The position numbers and the translations under genes are program-made. Below are positions 39,846 through 48,803 of a stretch of DNA of 64,000 nucleotides, in pieces. Numbering within the stretch: position 1 is the stretch's first letter; the number at the start of each line of letters is the position of its first letter. Location of the stretch: positions 1,056,001 through 1,120,000 of the forward strand of contig OZ257156.1 of the NCBI GenBank assembly GCA_965279375.1, given 5' to 3'. The notes under the pieces are model-generated. The model did no database searches. It was not told the origin of the DNA and saw only the letters and a program-made list of their open reading frames with translations. The stretch is from Gemmatimonas sp. Its GTDB lineage: Bacteria > Gemmatimonadota > Gemmatimonadetes > Gemmatimonadales > Gemmatimonadaceae.

Positions 39846-40859
39846 ATGACCACCGAACGACGCACGAATGATTTTCTCGTCGGTGCCACCGTGATCATCG
39901 TGACGGTGGTGCTGATCGTCGCCGTGCTCTGGGTGCAGCAGGCCGATCTGCGCGGCAAGACGCGGCACGTAGTCGTGCGCACGCGCGATGTGGGCGGCGT
40001 GTCGCTGGGCAATCCGGTCGTGATCCGTGGCGTGCGATCTGGTCAGGTGGAAGGCATCGCGCTCGGCGAGCGCGGCTGGGTCGTGCTCAAGCTTGGCATC
40101 GATCGTGGCGTGACGATGCCCACTGATCCGGTGGTGTTGCTGGTAGCCGCGAGTCTGTTCGGCGAGTGGCAGGTGAACGTCGCCGATGCGACCGGTGTGC
40201 CGCCCGATCGCGAGTTGCGCGCCGCGCTGGCCGAAGCGCACACGAGCGGTGATACGTTGGCCGGCGCCGTGCTACCGGATATTGCGCAGCTCACCTCCGT
40301 TGCGGGACGTATCGCTGGTGATGTCGCGCAGGTGTCCAATCGCGTGCAGGTGGCATTCGACGACAAGGCGGCCAAGGAGCTGCGCGAATCCATCCGCAAC
40401 TTCGCGCAACTCTCCGCCGAACTGGCGCGCACCGTGCAAGCGCAATCGAAAAATCTCGATCGCATCAGCACGGACGTGCAGCAAGGACTGACATCGGTCA
40501 ACGCCGCCGCGGCCAACCTCAGTCAGTTCTCGAGCCGAGTCGACTCGGCGACAAGCCGCGGCGAGTTGCAGCAAATCGTCGCCAACTCGCAGAGTGCCGC
40601 GCGCGAGTTGATGCAGGCGACTGCATCGCTGCGCAAACTTTCTGACGACGTCGCGGGCACGCAGGCGCGCTTGTCCTCCGCCGTGTCGCGCGCCGATTCC
40701 GTCTTCTCCAAGCTCAACAGCGGCCAGGGCACGCTCGGCCGCATGGTCAACGACCCGCATCTGTATCAGAGCAGCGACTCGCTGGTGTCCGAACTGCGTG
40801 CCCTGGTTGCCGACGTGAAGAAGAACCCGCGGCGCTACATCAACGTGCGCGTGTTCTGA
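39846..40859 (+). CDS. MlaD/MCE-family protein
   Basis: N-terminal TM, GNPVVIRGV..GQV MCE domain, helical region, GTLGRMVND..LY, DVKKNPRRY. Confidence 0.88.
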   Translation: MTTERRTNDFLVGATVIIVTVVLIVAVLWVQQADLRGKTRHVVVRTRDVGGVSLGNPVVIRGVRSGQVEGIALGERGWVVLKLGIDRGVTMPTDPVVLLVAASLFGEWQVNVADATGVPPDRELRAALAEAHTSGDTLAGAVLPDIAQLTSVAGRIAGDVAQVSNRVQVAFDDKAAKELRESIRNFAQLSAELARTVQAQSKNLDRISTDVQQGLTSVNAAAANLSQFSSRVDSATSRGELQQIVANSQSAARELMQATASLRKLSDDVAGTQARLSSAVSRADSVFSKLNSGQGTLGRMVNDPHLYQSSDSLVSELRALVADVKKNPRRYINVRVF

Positions 40860-40866
40860 GCCCGCT

Positions 40867-42225
40867 CTATTTCATCGCCGAGTACACGAGCGTCTTGAAG
40901 ATCTCGCCCACACGCGCCGTCGAGCCGTAGATGTTGGTGTAGACCAGCGCGACGAGCTGCTCCTTGGGATCGGCCCAATAGGTCGTGGCAAACGCGCCAC
41001 CCCAGTTGAACGCACCGATGCTTGCCGGCGAGGCAAAATCGTTCTGCGGCGTTTCCACGGCGAAGCCCAATCCAAACGCCGGCTGCAGCGTACCGATCTG
41101 ATTGGTGAGCATCATGTCCACCGTCTTGCGACTCAGCACGCGCACACCATCCAGTTCGCCGCCGTTCAGGAACATCTGCAGAAAGCGCGCATAGTCCGAG
41201 ATCGTGCCCGAGAGTCCCGCGCCACCGGAGAAGTAGCCGATCCCGCGGTTCGGATAGTCGGGATGCACGTCGGTCGTCTGCGTGTGTGAGGCGGAAAGCT
41301 TACCCTCCGTTTCCGCGTGCAACGCCACCAATCGTGCCTGCTTGTCCTTCGGCAATGCAAACCAGGTGTCGTTCATCTTGAGCGGCACGAAGATGCGCGT
41401 GCGGAAGAACTGATCGAGCGGCATCCCCGAGAGCACTTCTACCAGACGGCCAAGCACATCGATGCTCAGGCCATAGGTGAACCGTTCGCCCGGTTCATGC
41501 TTGAGCGGCAGCGTGGCGAGAATGCGCATCTTGTCCGCAAGCACAGCGCCGTCGGTGCCGATTCCCGAGGGAACGCCGGCCTTGGCGTAGACGGCGCGGA
41601 ACTCCTCGCTGCCGATCGACGGATAGTCGAGCCCCGACGTATGCGTGAAGAGTTGGCGAATGGTGATGCGACGTGCTGCCGGTCGCGCCTCGTAGCTCGA
41701 ATCCGCCGCGTTGAACTTCGTCAGCACCTTCATGGTGCGGAATTCGGGCAGATACAGCGACACCGGATCGTCGAGCTGGAACTTCCCCTCTTCCCAAAGA
41801 ATCATCGCAGCGAGCGAAGTGATCGCTTTCGTCTGCGACGCCATGCGGAAGATGTCGTCCGTACGTTGTGGCGCACCGGTGCCCAGGTCACGCGTACCGA
41901 ACGCCTTGCTGTAGACGACTTTCCCACCGCGAGTGATCAGCGCGACTGCGCCGGGAATCTTCTTGTTGATAACCATCCGCTGCAGTGCGGAATCGATGAG
42001 CGCCAATCGCGCCGGCTCGAATCCAAACGCGCGTGCTTCAGCAGCCGAACTCGCCTGCGCCTTCGCCACGCGAAATGCCACCGTCTGCGGCACGAGGGCG
42101 AGGAGGATCGGAAGCGCGACACGTGCTGCGCGACGCGACAGCACCGACGTGGCAGTGCGACGGCTGCACAGGCGCGGACCGCTGGGCAGCGACGAGGGCG
42201 GTAACGAGGACAACAACGAGGGCAT
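40867..42225 (-). CDS. Serine hydrolase (beta-lactamase class C-like)
   Basis: FRMASQTK (SxxK), LFTHTSGL, PGERFTY, GGAGL, WGGAF. Confidence 0.9.
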   Translation of the reverse strand: MPSLLSSLPPSSLPSGPRLCSRRTATSVLSRRAARVALPILLALVPQTVAFRVAKAQASSAAEARAFGFEPARLALIDSALQRMVINKKIPGAVALITRGGKVVYSKAFGTRDLGTGAPQRTDDIFRMASQTKAITSLAAMILWEEGKFQLDDPVSLYLPEFRTMKVLTKFNAADSSYEARPAARRITIRQLFTHTSGLDYPSIGSEEFRAVYAKAGVPSGIGTDGAVLADKMRILATLPLKHEPGERFTYGLSIDVLGRLVEVLSGMPLDQFFRTRIFVPLKMNDTWFALPKDKQARLVALHAETEGKLSASHTQTTDVHPDYPNRGIGYFSGGAGLSGTISDYARFLQMFLNGGELDGVRVLSRKTVDMMLTNQIGTLQPAFGLGFAVETPQNDFASPASIGAFNWGGAFATTYWADPKEQLVALVYTNIYGSTARVGEIFKTLVYSAMK

Positions 42226-42362
42226 GGACGCTCGGGGCGGAGGGAAGCCCAAACGTCATGTCCCGCACCAGTCTCAGCAAGCGTTTCGATGTCGTCCGCC
42301 GGACCGTTACAGCCGTCTGGCGTACCCGCCGGTCTTCCAGACCTCGACGCCCGCCTGCGAGC

Positions 42363-43286
42363 CTAGGCGCCGGCGGGCACAGCCAGCACGGCACAGCGCG
42401 CGGTCCGCAGAACGCGCGTGGCCACGGAACCCACCACCAGCCGTTCGATGAAGCTGTGTCGCTGGGTGCCGACGGCGATCAGGTCGGCATTCGCCTGTTG
42501 GGCCACCGCCAACAGCGCCGGCGCCGGATCCCCGCGCACGGTCACCGTCTCCACCGTCACGCCAGCCGGCGCGTTGAGATGCGCCCGCACCTTGTCGAAC
42601 AGGGGCGGCAGTGTGCGACCGTAGTCCGCGTCCCACGCCTGCCAGTCCGCCGAGGGATGCTCGAACCGGGGCCGCACATGCACCAAGGTCAGCTTGCCCG
42701 TCGGGCCAACGAGACGCAGTGCCAGATGTGCCGCGTGAATGCTCGCGTCGCTGAAATCGAGGCCGATCACCGCCTGCTGCGGCGGCACCGCGAAGCGCGC
42801 CCCAACCGCCAGCACCGGCACCGAGGACTCCCGCAGCGTGGCCAGCGTCGTTTCCGTGCCGAACAGTCGATCGAGCGGATTGTGCCGACCGATGCCCATC
42901 ACCAGCAGCGACGCTCCACGCCGAGCCGCTTCGGTGGCCAGCACACGGGGCGGCGGCCCCACCAGCACCTCAGACGGCCAGGATGGCGCCGCTGCCACCG
43001 CGATCGACACGGCTCGGCGCACGTCCTCCAGCATCGACAGGCGACGCATTTCGTCGAGCTCGAGCGGGACTGGCAGCGCGTCCATACCCGCAGCGACGCC
43101 AGGTGTCGGTGCGCAGACGCCGACGACCTGGATGGACGCATCGAACGCACCGGCCGCGCACTGCGCCGCCGCAAAGAGCGCTTCCTGCGCTGCCGCCGCA
43201 CCGTCACAGGCCACGACGATCGGGCCACCATGCAGATGTACGTCGTGCGTCAGATCGGAATGCGCGTGGTGTTCCATGACCGACAT
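42363..43286 (-). CDS. Tandem universal stress protein
   Basis: IVVACDG, LLVMG...LFGTET, IGLDFS, DLIAVG...VGSVATRVLR; RBS GGAGG. Confidence 0.9.
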   Translation of the reverse strand: MSVMEHHAHSDLTHDVHLHGGPIVVACDGAAAAQEALFAAAQCAAGAFDASIQVVGVCAPTPGVAAGMDALPVPLELDEMRRLSMLEDVRRAVSIAVAAAPSWPSEVLVGPPPRVLATEAARRGASLLVMGIGRHNPLDRLFGTETTLATLRESSVPVLAVGARFAVPPQQAVIGLDFSDASIHAAHLALRLVGPTGKLTLVHVRPRFEHPSADWQAWDADYGRTLPPLFDKVRAHLNAPAGVTVETVTVRGDPAPALLAVAQQANADLIAVGTQRHSFIERLVVGSVATRVLRTARCAVLAVPAGA

Positions 43287-43496
43287 GGTGGGACCCTCCG
43301 TGGCAGGCGCGCGCGTCATCGGAATCGTTGCGACGCGACACAGGAAGAGGGTCGCACTTTGCAACGCCGCGCTCTATCGGGGAGACCGGCGCGCTCCGTC
43401 AGGGAAAGACGGACATTGCGGCGCGGAATCACGCTCGCCGAAACCGCCTTTCCCTCAGGCGGCGTCCCGCGCCTCGCGTCTCGCGCCTCGCGCCGG

Positions 43497-44858
43497 CTAC
43501 AGCGCCCAGCGCATCGAGCGAGCGACGGCATCCAGCAACCGCTGCACCAGCGGTCGCCTGGCCCACGCGGCGGGGAGTATCTCCTGGCTGCAGCGCAGGT
43601 CGTCTATAAAGGACTGCTCCAGCGCTCCGGCAAACCCGTCGTCGAGCAGCAGCAGGTTGCACTCCGCATTGAGCCAGAAGGAACGAAAGTCGAGGTTGCT
43701 CGATCCGATGACACTCGCGTGTGCATCGACGACCAGCGTCTTCGCATGCAAGGTGGCCGTTTGGTATTCGTAGATGCGTACGCCACTCGCGAGCAACGGC
43801 GCATACGCGCCATGCGCGGCACGACGTGCCAGCGCGACATCGGTTTTCTCACCGGGCAGCAGCAGTCGCACATCCACGCCGCGGCGCGCCGCACGCATCA
43901 GCAAACGCAGCGCGCGCGTTGGCGGTGCGAAGTACGGTGTGGTCACCCACAAGCGTTTGCGGGCACCACCTACCATCGCGGCCATCACCGCCATCATCTC
44001 GCGCTGCCCTCGACCTGGCCGAGAATCGAGCACGAGCACCGCGCGATCCGTCTCCTCCACGGCCGACGCGGCACGCGCCACGCGGCGCCCGCGTTTGCGA
44101 TCGCGGCGCAGCGCGATGCGTCGCTCCACGCGGGCGCGAAGGGCCTGCGCACTGAACGCCCGCATGCTTGCCAATGGCGGTACCTCGATCCCATCGCTCC
44201 ACGACACGTACTCCAACCCCGGCAACGCCGGACCCGCGGCGCGATCCCACCCTTCGGCGAACACCGCCGCGAGTTCCTGCGCCACGGTGCCTTCGATCCG
44301 CATGAACGTGTCGCGCCACGCACCACCGTGCGTGCGAAGAGAGGAGCCATACTCCTCGCCGATGTTCATGCCACCCGTGAATGCCACCGCTCGATCGACG
44401 ACGATGATCTTGCGATGATCGCGACGCAGCGCTTCGAACGGCAGATGCCAGAAGCGATGAAAGTGACGCAGCACAACACCACCCGCTTCCAGTGCGCGCC
44501 AGAACGCATCCTTCGTTGCGAAGGACCCGATCGCATCGGCCAGCACATACACGCGTACGCCACGCTGCACCGCCGAAATCAGCGCCTGCTGCACTTGGGT
44601 GCCGATGCGATCATCGCGCAGGATGTACGTCTCGAGCAGAATCTCGTCGCGCGCGTCCGCCAGTGCGTCGAGCACCGCATCGAAGGCCTCCGCGCCGTCC
44701 ACCAGCAGCGTGGGCGCCGGCGCGGCGTGGTACTGACCGCGCTCGATGCGCTGCACCAACTCCATGAACGCATCGTCCCGCACGCCGGCTGGGATCGCTT
44801 GTGCCAGCGCCCACGCGCGATAGCGCCGCAACTCGCGTGGCAGTGGTTCAGTAGCCAT
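43497..44858 (-). CDS. Phospholipase D-family cardiolipin synthase (ClsB-like)
   Basis: Two HKD motifs (HRKIIVVD, HAKTLVVD), GGMNIG, TPYF, GSSNLDFRS. Confidence 0.9.
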   Translation of the reverse strand: MATEPLPRELRRYRAWALAQAIPAGVRDDAFMELVQRIERGQYHAAPAPTLLVDGAEAFDAVLDALADARDEILLETYILRDDRIGTQVQQALISAVQRGVRVYVLADAIGSFATKDAFWRALEAGGVVLRHFHRFWHLPFEALRRDHRKIIVVDRAVAFTGGMNIGEEYGSSLRTHGGAWRDTFMRIEGTVAQELAAVFAEGWDRAAGPALPGLEYVSWSDGIEVPPLASMRAFSAQALRARVERRIALRRDRKRGRRVARAASAVEETDRAVLVLDSRPGRGQREMMAVMAAMVGGARKRLWVTTPYFAPPTRALRLLMRAARRGVDVRLLLPGEKTDVALARRAAHGAYAPLLASGVRIYEYQTATLHAKTLVVDAHASVIGSSNLDFRSFWLNAECNLLLLDDGFAGALEQSFIDDLRCSQEILPAAWARRPLVQRLLDAVARSMRWAL

Positions 44859-44866
44859 GTTGCGGC

Positions 44867-45235
44867 ATGAGCCTATTCATACGCCTGCTCGTCAATGCGG
44901 TTGCCCTGTGGTGTGCCGCGCGCTTCATCGATGGGATCAGCTACACGGGAAGCTGGCCGGGACTCGTGGGCCTGTCACTGGTCTTCGGCATCGTCAACGT
45001 ATTCATCCGACCAGTGCTGTCGTTCTTTTCCTTTCCGCTGCAGCTGCTCACCCTCGGCCTGTTCACGCTGGTCCTGAACGCGCTGATGTTGATGCTCACC
45101 GGTTGGCTGGCGGCGCGCTTCGACATCGCCTTCGCTGTGCGCGGTTTCGTCCCAGCACTCCTCGGCGCGATCGTGGTCAGCCTGGTCAGTATGGTACTCG
45201 GCGCGTTCTTCTCGTCGGGGGACGACGAAGACTGA
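44867..45235 (+). CDS. 4-TM YvlD/DUF360 ('phage holin family') membrane protein
   Basis: VN.FIRPVL..FSFPL.LLTLGLF.LVLNA motif. Confidence 0.85.
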   Translation: MSLFIRLLVNAVALWCAARFIDGISYTGSWPGLVGLSLVFGIVNVFIRPVLSFFSFPLQLLTLGLFTLVLNALMLMLTGWLAARFDIAFAVRGFVPALLGAIVVSLVSMVLGAFFSSGDDED

Positions 45236-45269
45236 CCCTGAGAGCGCCGCTGGCCGTGGTCGGCGGCGC

Positions 45270-45324
45270 TTGACAGCACCGGGCATTGGGCCGTAGCGTC
45301 CGATCAAAGTCATCGTATGACTTT
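45270..45324 (+). promoter_or_regulatory. Sigma70 promoter plus palindromic operator of the GntR-SDR-uxuA operon
   Basis: TTGACA 45270-45275, 18-nt spacer, TAGCGT 45294-45299; AAAGTCAT-CGT-ATGACTTT at 45306-45324. Confidence 0.7.
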
Positions 45325-45356
45325 ATCAGCAGATCACGTGCTCCAAGTCGACCGTT

Positions 45357-46094
45357 ATGACCAACATGTCGCGGCTCCCCCCGTCGATCGCGCCACTCAG
45401 GCGTTCGACGCTCCCCAATGACCTCGCCGACCGGATCAAGCTGCTGATCCAGCGCGACCGCTACACACCCGGCGACCGGCTCCCGTCCATCGCCGCTCTC
45501 GCCCGCGACTTCGGGGTGGGCGCCCCGACGGTGCGCGAAGCGCTCAAACGGCTCGAGATGGCGGGGGTAGTCAGCATTCGCCACGGCTCCGGCGTGTACG
45601 TCAGCCAGGATGACGACGCTCTTCTCATGACTAATCCGGTGTTCACCGGCACGGTCTCCAAGAAGCTGCTGCTCGACCTCATCGAGGCCCGCATCGCCAT
45701 CGAGGTCACCAGCGCCGGACTCGCCGCGCGCAAGGCGACCGACCTGCAACTCGACGACCTCGCGCAGCTGCTCGATCAGGCCGCGCGGCACATCGACGAC
45801 GACGAGATCCTCAATCGCACCAACATGGCGTTCCATCGCGCCATCGCCATCGCCTCCGGCAACGTCGTCTTTCGGCAGCTTTTTGAAGTGCTGACCAACC
45901 TCTTCACCGACGAACAGCGCGCCATCCTCGACATCCAGAATGCGCGCGCCACCGATCTCGACGAGCACACGGCGATTCTCGAGGCGCTGCGCACGCACAA
46001 CGTCGAAGGCGCGCGCTCGCTGATGAAGCAGCATCTCGAAAAAGTCCGCGCCGATCTCGAGCAGTGGGATCCGACCACGCACCCCATCCGATGA
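45357..46094 (+). CDS. GntR/FadR-family regulator
   Basis: PGDRLPS..LA..FGVG.PTVREAL..L, FCD domain FHRAI...EH..I..AL. Confidence 0.93.
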   Translation: MTNMSRLPPSIAPLRRSTLPNDLADRIKLLIQRDRYTPGDRLPSIAALARDFGVGAPTVREALKRLEMAGVVSIRHGSGVYVSQDDDALLMTNPVFTGTVSKKLLLDLIEARIAIEVTSAGLAARKATDLQLDDLAQLLDQAARHIDDDEILNRTNMAFHRAIAIASGNVVFRQLFEVLTNLFTDEQRAILDIQNARATDLDEHTAILEALRTHNVEGARSLMKQHLEKVRADLEQWDPTTHPIR

Positions 46095-46915
46095 TGACTC
46101 CCTCCACAGACCTCTTCGATCTGTCCGGTCGCGTCGCGATCGTGACGGGCGGCTATGGCGTGCTTGGCAGCAGCATGGCGCACGCGCTCGCCGCCGCTGG
46201 TGCGCGCGTCGTCATTCTTGGCCGCCGCGCCGATGCCGCCGATGCCGTCGTCCAATCCATTCGTGCCGCCGGCGGTGAAGCCATGACGGCGCTGGCGGAC
46301 GTGGTGGACGAAGACGCACTGCGCGCCGTACGCACGGAGATCCTCGCTTCCTGGGGACGCATCGACATTCTCGTAAATGCCGCCGGTGGCAACGTCGCGC
46401 GTGCGCGCAGCGACAACGCGCTCCCATTCGGCATTCCACTCGATGCGTTCGACGAAGTGCTGCGCCTCAATCTGCACGGCACGGTGCTTCCCTCGTTGAT
46501 CCTGGGTGAGGCCATGGCCGAGCAAGGGCGCGGATGCATCATCAACATTTCGTCGATGGCGTCCACGCAAGCGTTGAGCGGCGTGATGGGCTACTCCGCC
46601 GCGAAGGCGGCCGTGGAGAACTTCACCAAGTGGCTCGCCGTCGATCTCGCACGCCGGTGCGGCGATGGTCTTCGCGTCAACGCGATCTCGCCCGGCTTCT
46701 TTCTCGCCACGCAGAATCGCGCCGTGCTCGTGAACGCCGATGGTTCGTGGACGCCGCGTGCGACGGCCGTTCTCGCCAAGACACCGATGGGTCGCTTCGG
46801 CAGTCACGCCGAGCTCAATGGTGTGCTTCGCTTCCTTTGTAGCGACGCGGCATCGTTCGTGACCGGCGCGGTGATTCCGGTCGATGGCGGCTTCAGCGCC
46901 TTCTCGGGGGTCTGA
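46091..46915 (+). CDS. SDR oxidoreductase, probable D-mannonate oxidoreductase
   Basis: TGGYGVLG, LVNAAGGN, YSAAK, VNAISPGFF..QNR, PVDGGFSAFSGV; adjacent to uxuA. Confidence 0.85.
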   Translation: MMTPSTDLFDLSGRVAIVTGGYGVLGSSMAHALAAAGARVVILGRRADAADAVVQSIRAAGGEAMTALADVVDEDALRAVRTEILASWGRIDILVNAAGGNVARARSDNALPFGIPLDAFDEVLRLNLHGTVLPSLILGEAMAEQGRGCIINISSMASTQALSGVMGYSAAKAAVENFTKWLAVDLARRCGDGLRVNAISPGFFLATQNRAVLVNADGSWTPRATAVLAKTPMGRFGSHAELNGVLRFLCSDAASFVTGAVIPVDGGFSAFSGV

Positions 46916-47952
46916 TGCGGATGGCCTTTCGTTGGTACGGACCACACGATCCCGTACCCCTCGCGCACATTCGACAGATACCGGGCGTCACCGGCATCGT
47001 CAGCGCCGTCTACGACGTGCCCGTTGGCGACGCGTGGACCGCGGATCACGTCGCGCGCTTGCGCGACACGATCAACGCGGCAGGACTCGACTTCGCCGTC
47101 GTCGAAAGCATCCCGGTACACGAGTCGATCAAGCTGGGCGATGCCGACCGCGATCGTCTCATCGATGCATACTGCGAAAGCGTCGTCAACGTCGGTGCAG
47201 CGAACGTCCCGGTGGTGTGCTACAACTTCATGCCCATCTTCGACTGGACGCGCACCAATCTCGCGTTTCCCCTACCGGACGGCTCCACCACACTCACCTA
47301 CAGCGACGCCGCCCTCTCGCGCATCGATCTGTCGCGCGGCACCGGCGAACTGCCCGGATGGAGCACGGCTTACGATGCCGATGCGCTCGCATCGCTGCTG
47401 GCGCGCTGGCGCGCCGTCGACGCCGAACAGCTGTGGGAGAACCTCGCCTACTTTCTCGAACGCGTCGTTCCCGTGGCCACATCCGCCGGCGTGAACATGG
47501 CGATCCATCCGGACGATCCCCCATGGTCGATCTTCGGACTGCCGCGCATCATCACCAGCGCTGCCGCACTTCGGCGGTTCCTGACGCTCGTCGATCAGCC
47601 AGCGAACGGACTCACCTTCTGCACTGGTTCGCTGGGCTCTGCCGCCGACAACGATCTTCCCGCGATGGTGAACGAGTTCGCTGCCATGCGCCGCATTCAC
47701 TTCATGCACTGCCGCAACGTGAAGCGCACCGGCGAACGCGCCTTCGATGAAGTGGCGCATCCGAGCCGCTTCGGCGATGTGGACATGCGCGCCGTGCTCG
47801 CCGCACTACACAAACACGGCTACGCCGGACCGATGCGCCCCGATCACGGTCGTATGATCTGGGGTGAACAGGGACGCCCCGGCTACGGACTGCACGATCG
47901 CGCACTCGGCGCGATGTATCTGCAAGGAGTGTGGGAAGGGCTCGCTGGCTGA
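46915..47952 (+). CDS. uxuA: Mannonate dehydratase
   Basis: FRWYG..DPV.L..IRQIPG, VESIPVHE.IK, CYNFMP.FDW.RT, HPDDPPW, MRPDHG. Confidence 0.95.
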   Translation: MRMAFRWYGPHDPVPLAHIRQIPGVTGIVSAVYDVPVGDAWTADHVARLRDTINAAGLDFAVVESIPVHESIKLGDADRDRLIDAYCESVVNVGAANVPVVCYNFMPIFDWTRTNLAFPLPDGSTTLTYSDAALSRIDLSRGTGELPGWSTAYDADALASLLARWRAVDAEQLWENLAYFLERVVPVATSAGVNMAIHPDDPPWSIFGLPRIITSAAALRRFLTLVDQPANGLTFCTGSLGSAADNDLPAMVNEFAAMRRIHFMHCRNVKRTGERAFDEVAHPSRFGDVDMRAVLAALHKHGYAGPMRPDHGRMIWGEQGRPGYGLHDRALGAMYLQGVWEGLAG

Positions 47953-47997
47953 TCGCGTGACAGCGATGCTCAGCGCGCACGTCGTCTCCTCGATGCC

Positions 47998-48555
47998 ATG
48001 GATCCTGCAATGTGTTACACGCGCGCGCTGAGTGCCGCCCTGCTGTTGATGTTGCCGAACATCGCCGCTGCACAGCGTGCGGCGCGTGAGCCGTCAGTCG
48101 ACGTCGCCGCGATTCGTCGAGCACGTGCGCAGTTCAACGACGCCATCACGCAGCGCGACCTCGAGTCCATGGCCCGCGTACTCGCACCCGGCTATCACCT
48201 CGTCACCGGCCGCAGCGCGCAATCACATGGTGCGGACTCCGCGATGGCGCGTTGGCGCAGCAGCTTCGCCGGAGACAGCGCGTATGGCTGTGTGCGCACA
48301 ACGCTGCGTGTGCAGGTGAATCGCGCGTGGGGACTCGCCGAGGAGTCGGGCAATTGGCGATGCCGCATCGGTCTTGGTGGCCCGTCCGTCGCGACCGGCA
48401 GTTATACCGCCAAATGGCAGCGCGACACGGCAGGGCGTTGGCGCATTCAGGTGGAGGTGTTCACGACCCTCGCCTGCACCGGCACGCCAGCGGGTTGTGT
48501 GCCGCCGGATCCGATTCCTGCCGATTCATCGACCGCCGGATCGCGGCGCGACTGA
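47998..48555 (+). CDS. Secreted NTF2/SnoaL-like (DUF4440) protein
   Basis: Signal peptide; FNDAI...D, GSYTAKWQR...WRI. Confidence 0.75.
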   Translation: MDPAMCYTRALSAALLLMLPNIAAAQRAAREPSVDVAAIRRARAQFNDAITQRDLESMARVLAPGYHLVTGRSAQSHGADSAMARWRSSFAGDSAYGCVRTTLRVQVNRAWGLAEESGNWRCRIGLGGPSVATGSYTAKWQRDTAGRWRIQVEVFTTLACTGTPAGCVPPDPIPADSSTAGSRRD

Positions 48556-48588
48556 CGCGACTGACAGGATGCCCGGGAACCCTCGCGC

Positions 48589-48615
48589 TAAAGTCCTGCG
48601 GCGAGCTGCCGATAC
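48589..48615 (+). promoter_or_regulatory. Sigma-28 (FliA)-type promoter
   Basis: TAAAGTCC-N11-GCCGATAC versus consensus TAAAGTTT-N11-GCCGATAA. Confidence 0.7.
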
Positions 48616-48627
48616 CCCGTAACGCAC

Positions 48628-48724
48628 CTCTGTTGTCCGAAAAGAGCACCCCGCCGGTGACGGCGGTCCGCAGAGCCAGCCAACTCACGCTCAGGTGAGT
48701 CCGGGCGGTCGCCGAAGCACGGAG
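48628..48724 (+). ncRNA. c-di-GMP-I (GEMM-I) fold riboswitch, G20A variant
   Basis: CGAAAAGAGCA-CCCCGCCG-GTGA-CGGCGG-TCCGCAGAGCC...ACTCAC/GTGAGT...GGTCGCCGA; ungapped register with the Vc2 aptamer core as recalled. Confidence 0.75.
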
Positions 48725-48803
48725 TCTTTACCCGGGGCCACGCAGGCACCGGGGGGTTCGTTGCATGGATCGGACGACATTCGCCCATCTCAGGAGCGTT
48801 GTC

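Noticed and set aside
43466..43493. Heptamer repeats (CTCGCGC-like x4) after the cls stop
   Set aside because: Short, imperfect and unremarkable at this GC content
42033..44870. 945-aa plus-strand ORF
   Set aside because: Arg-rich antisense shadow of the USP and cardiolipin synthase genes
44867..45235. 'Phage holin' as a sign of a prophage
   Set aside because: The YvlD/DUF360 family is a common chromosomal membrane protein; no phage genes nearby
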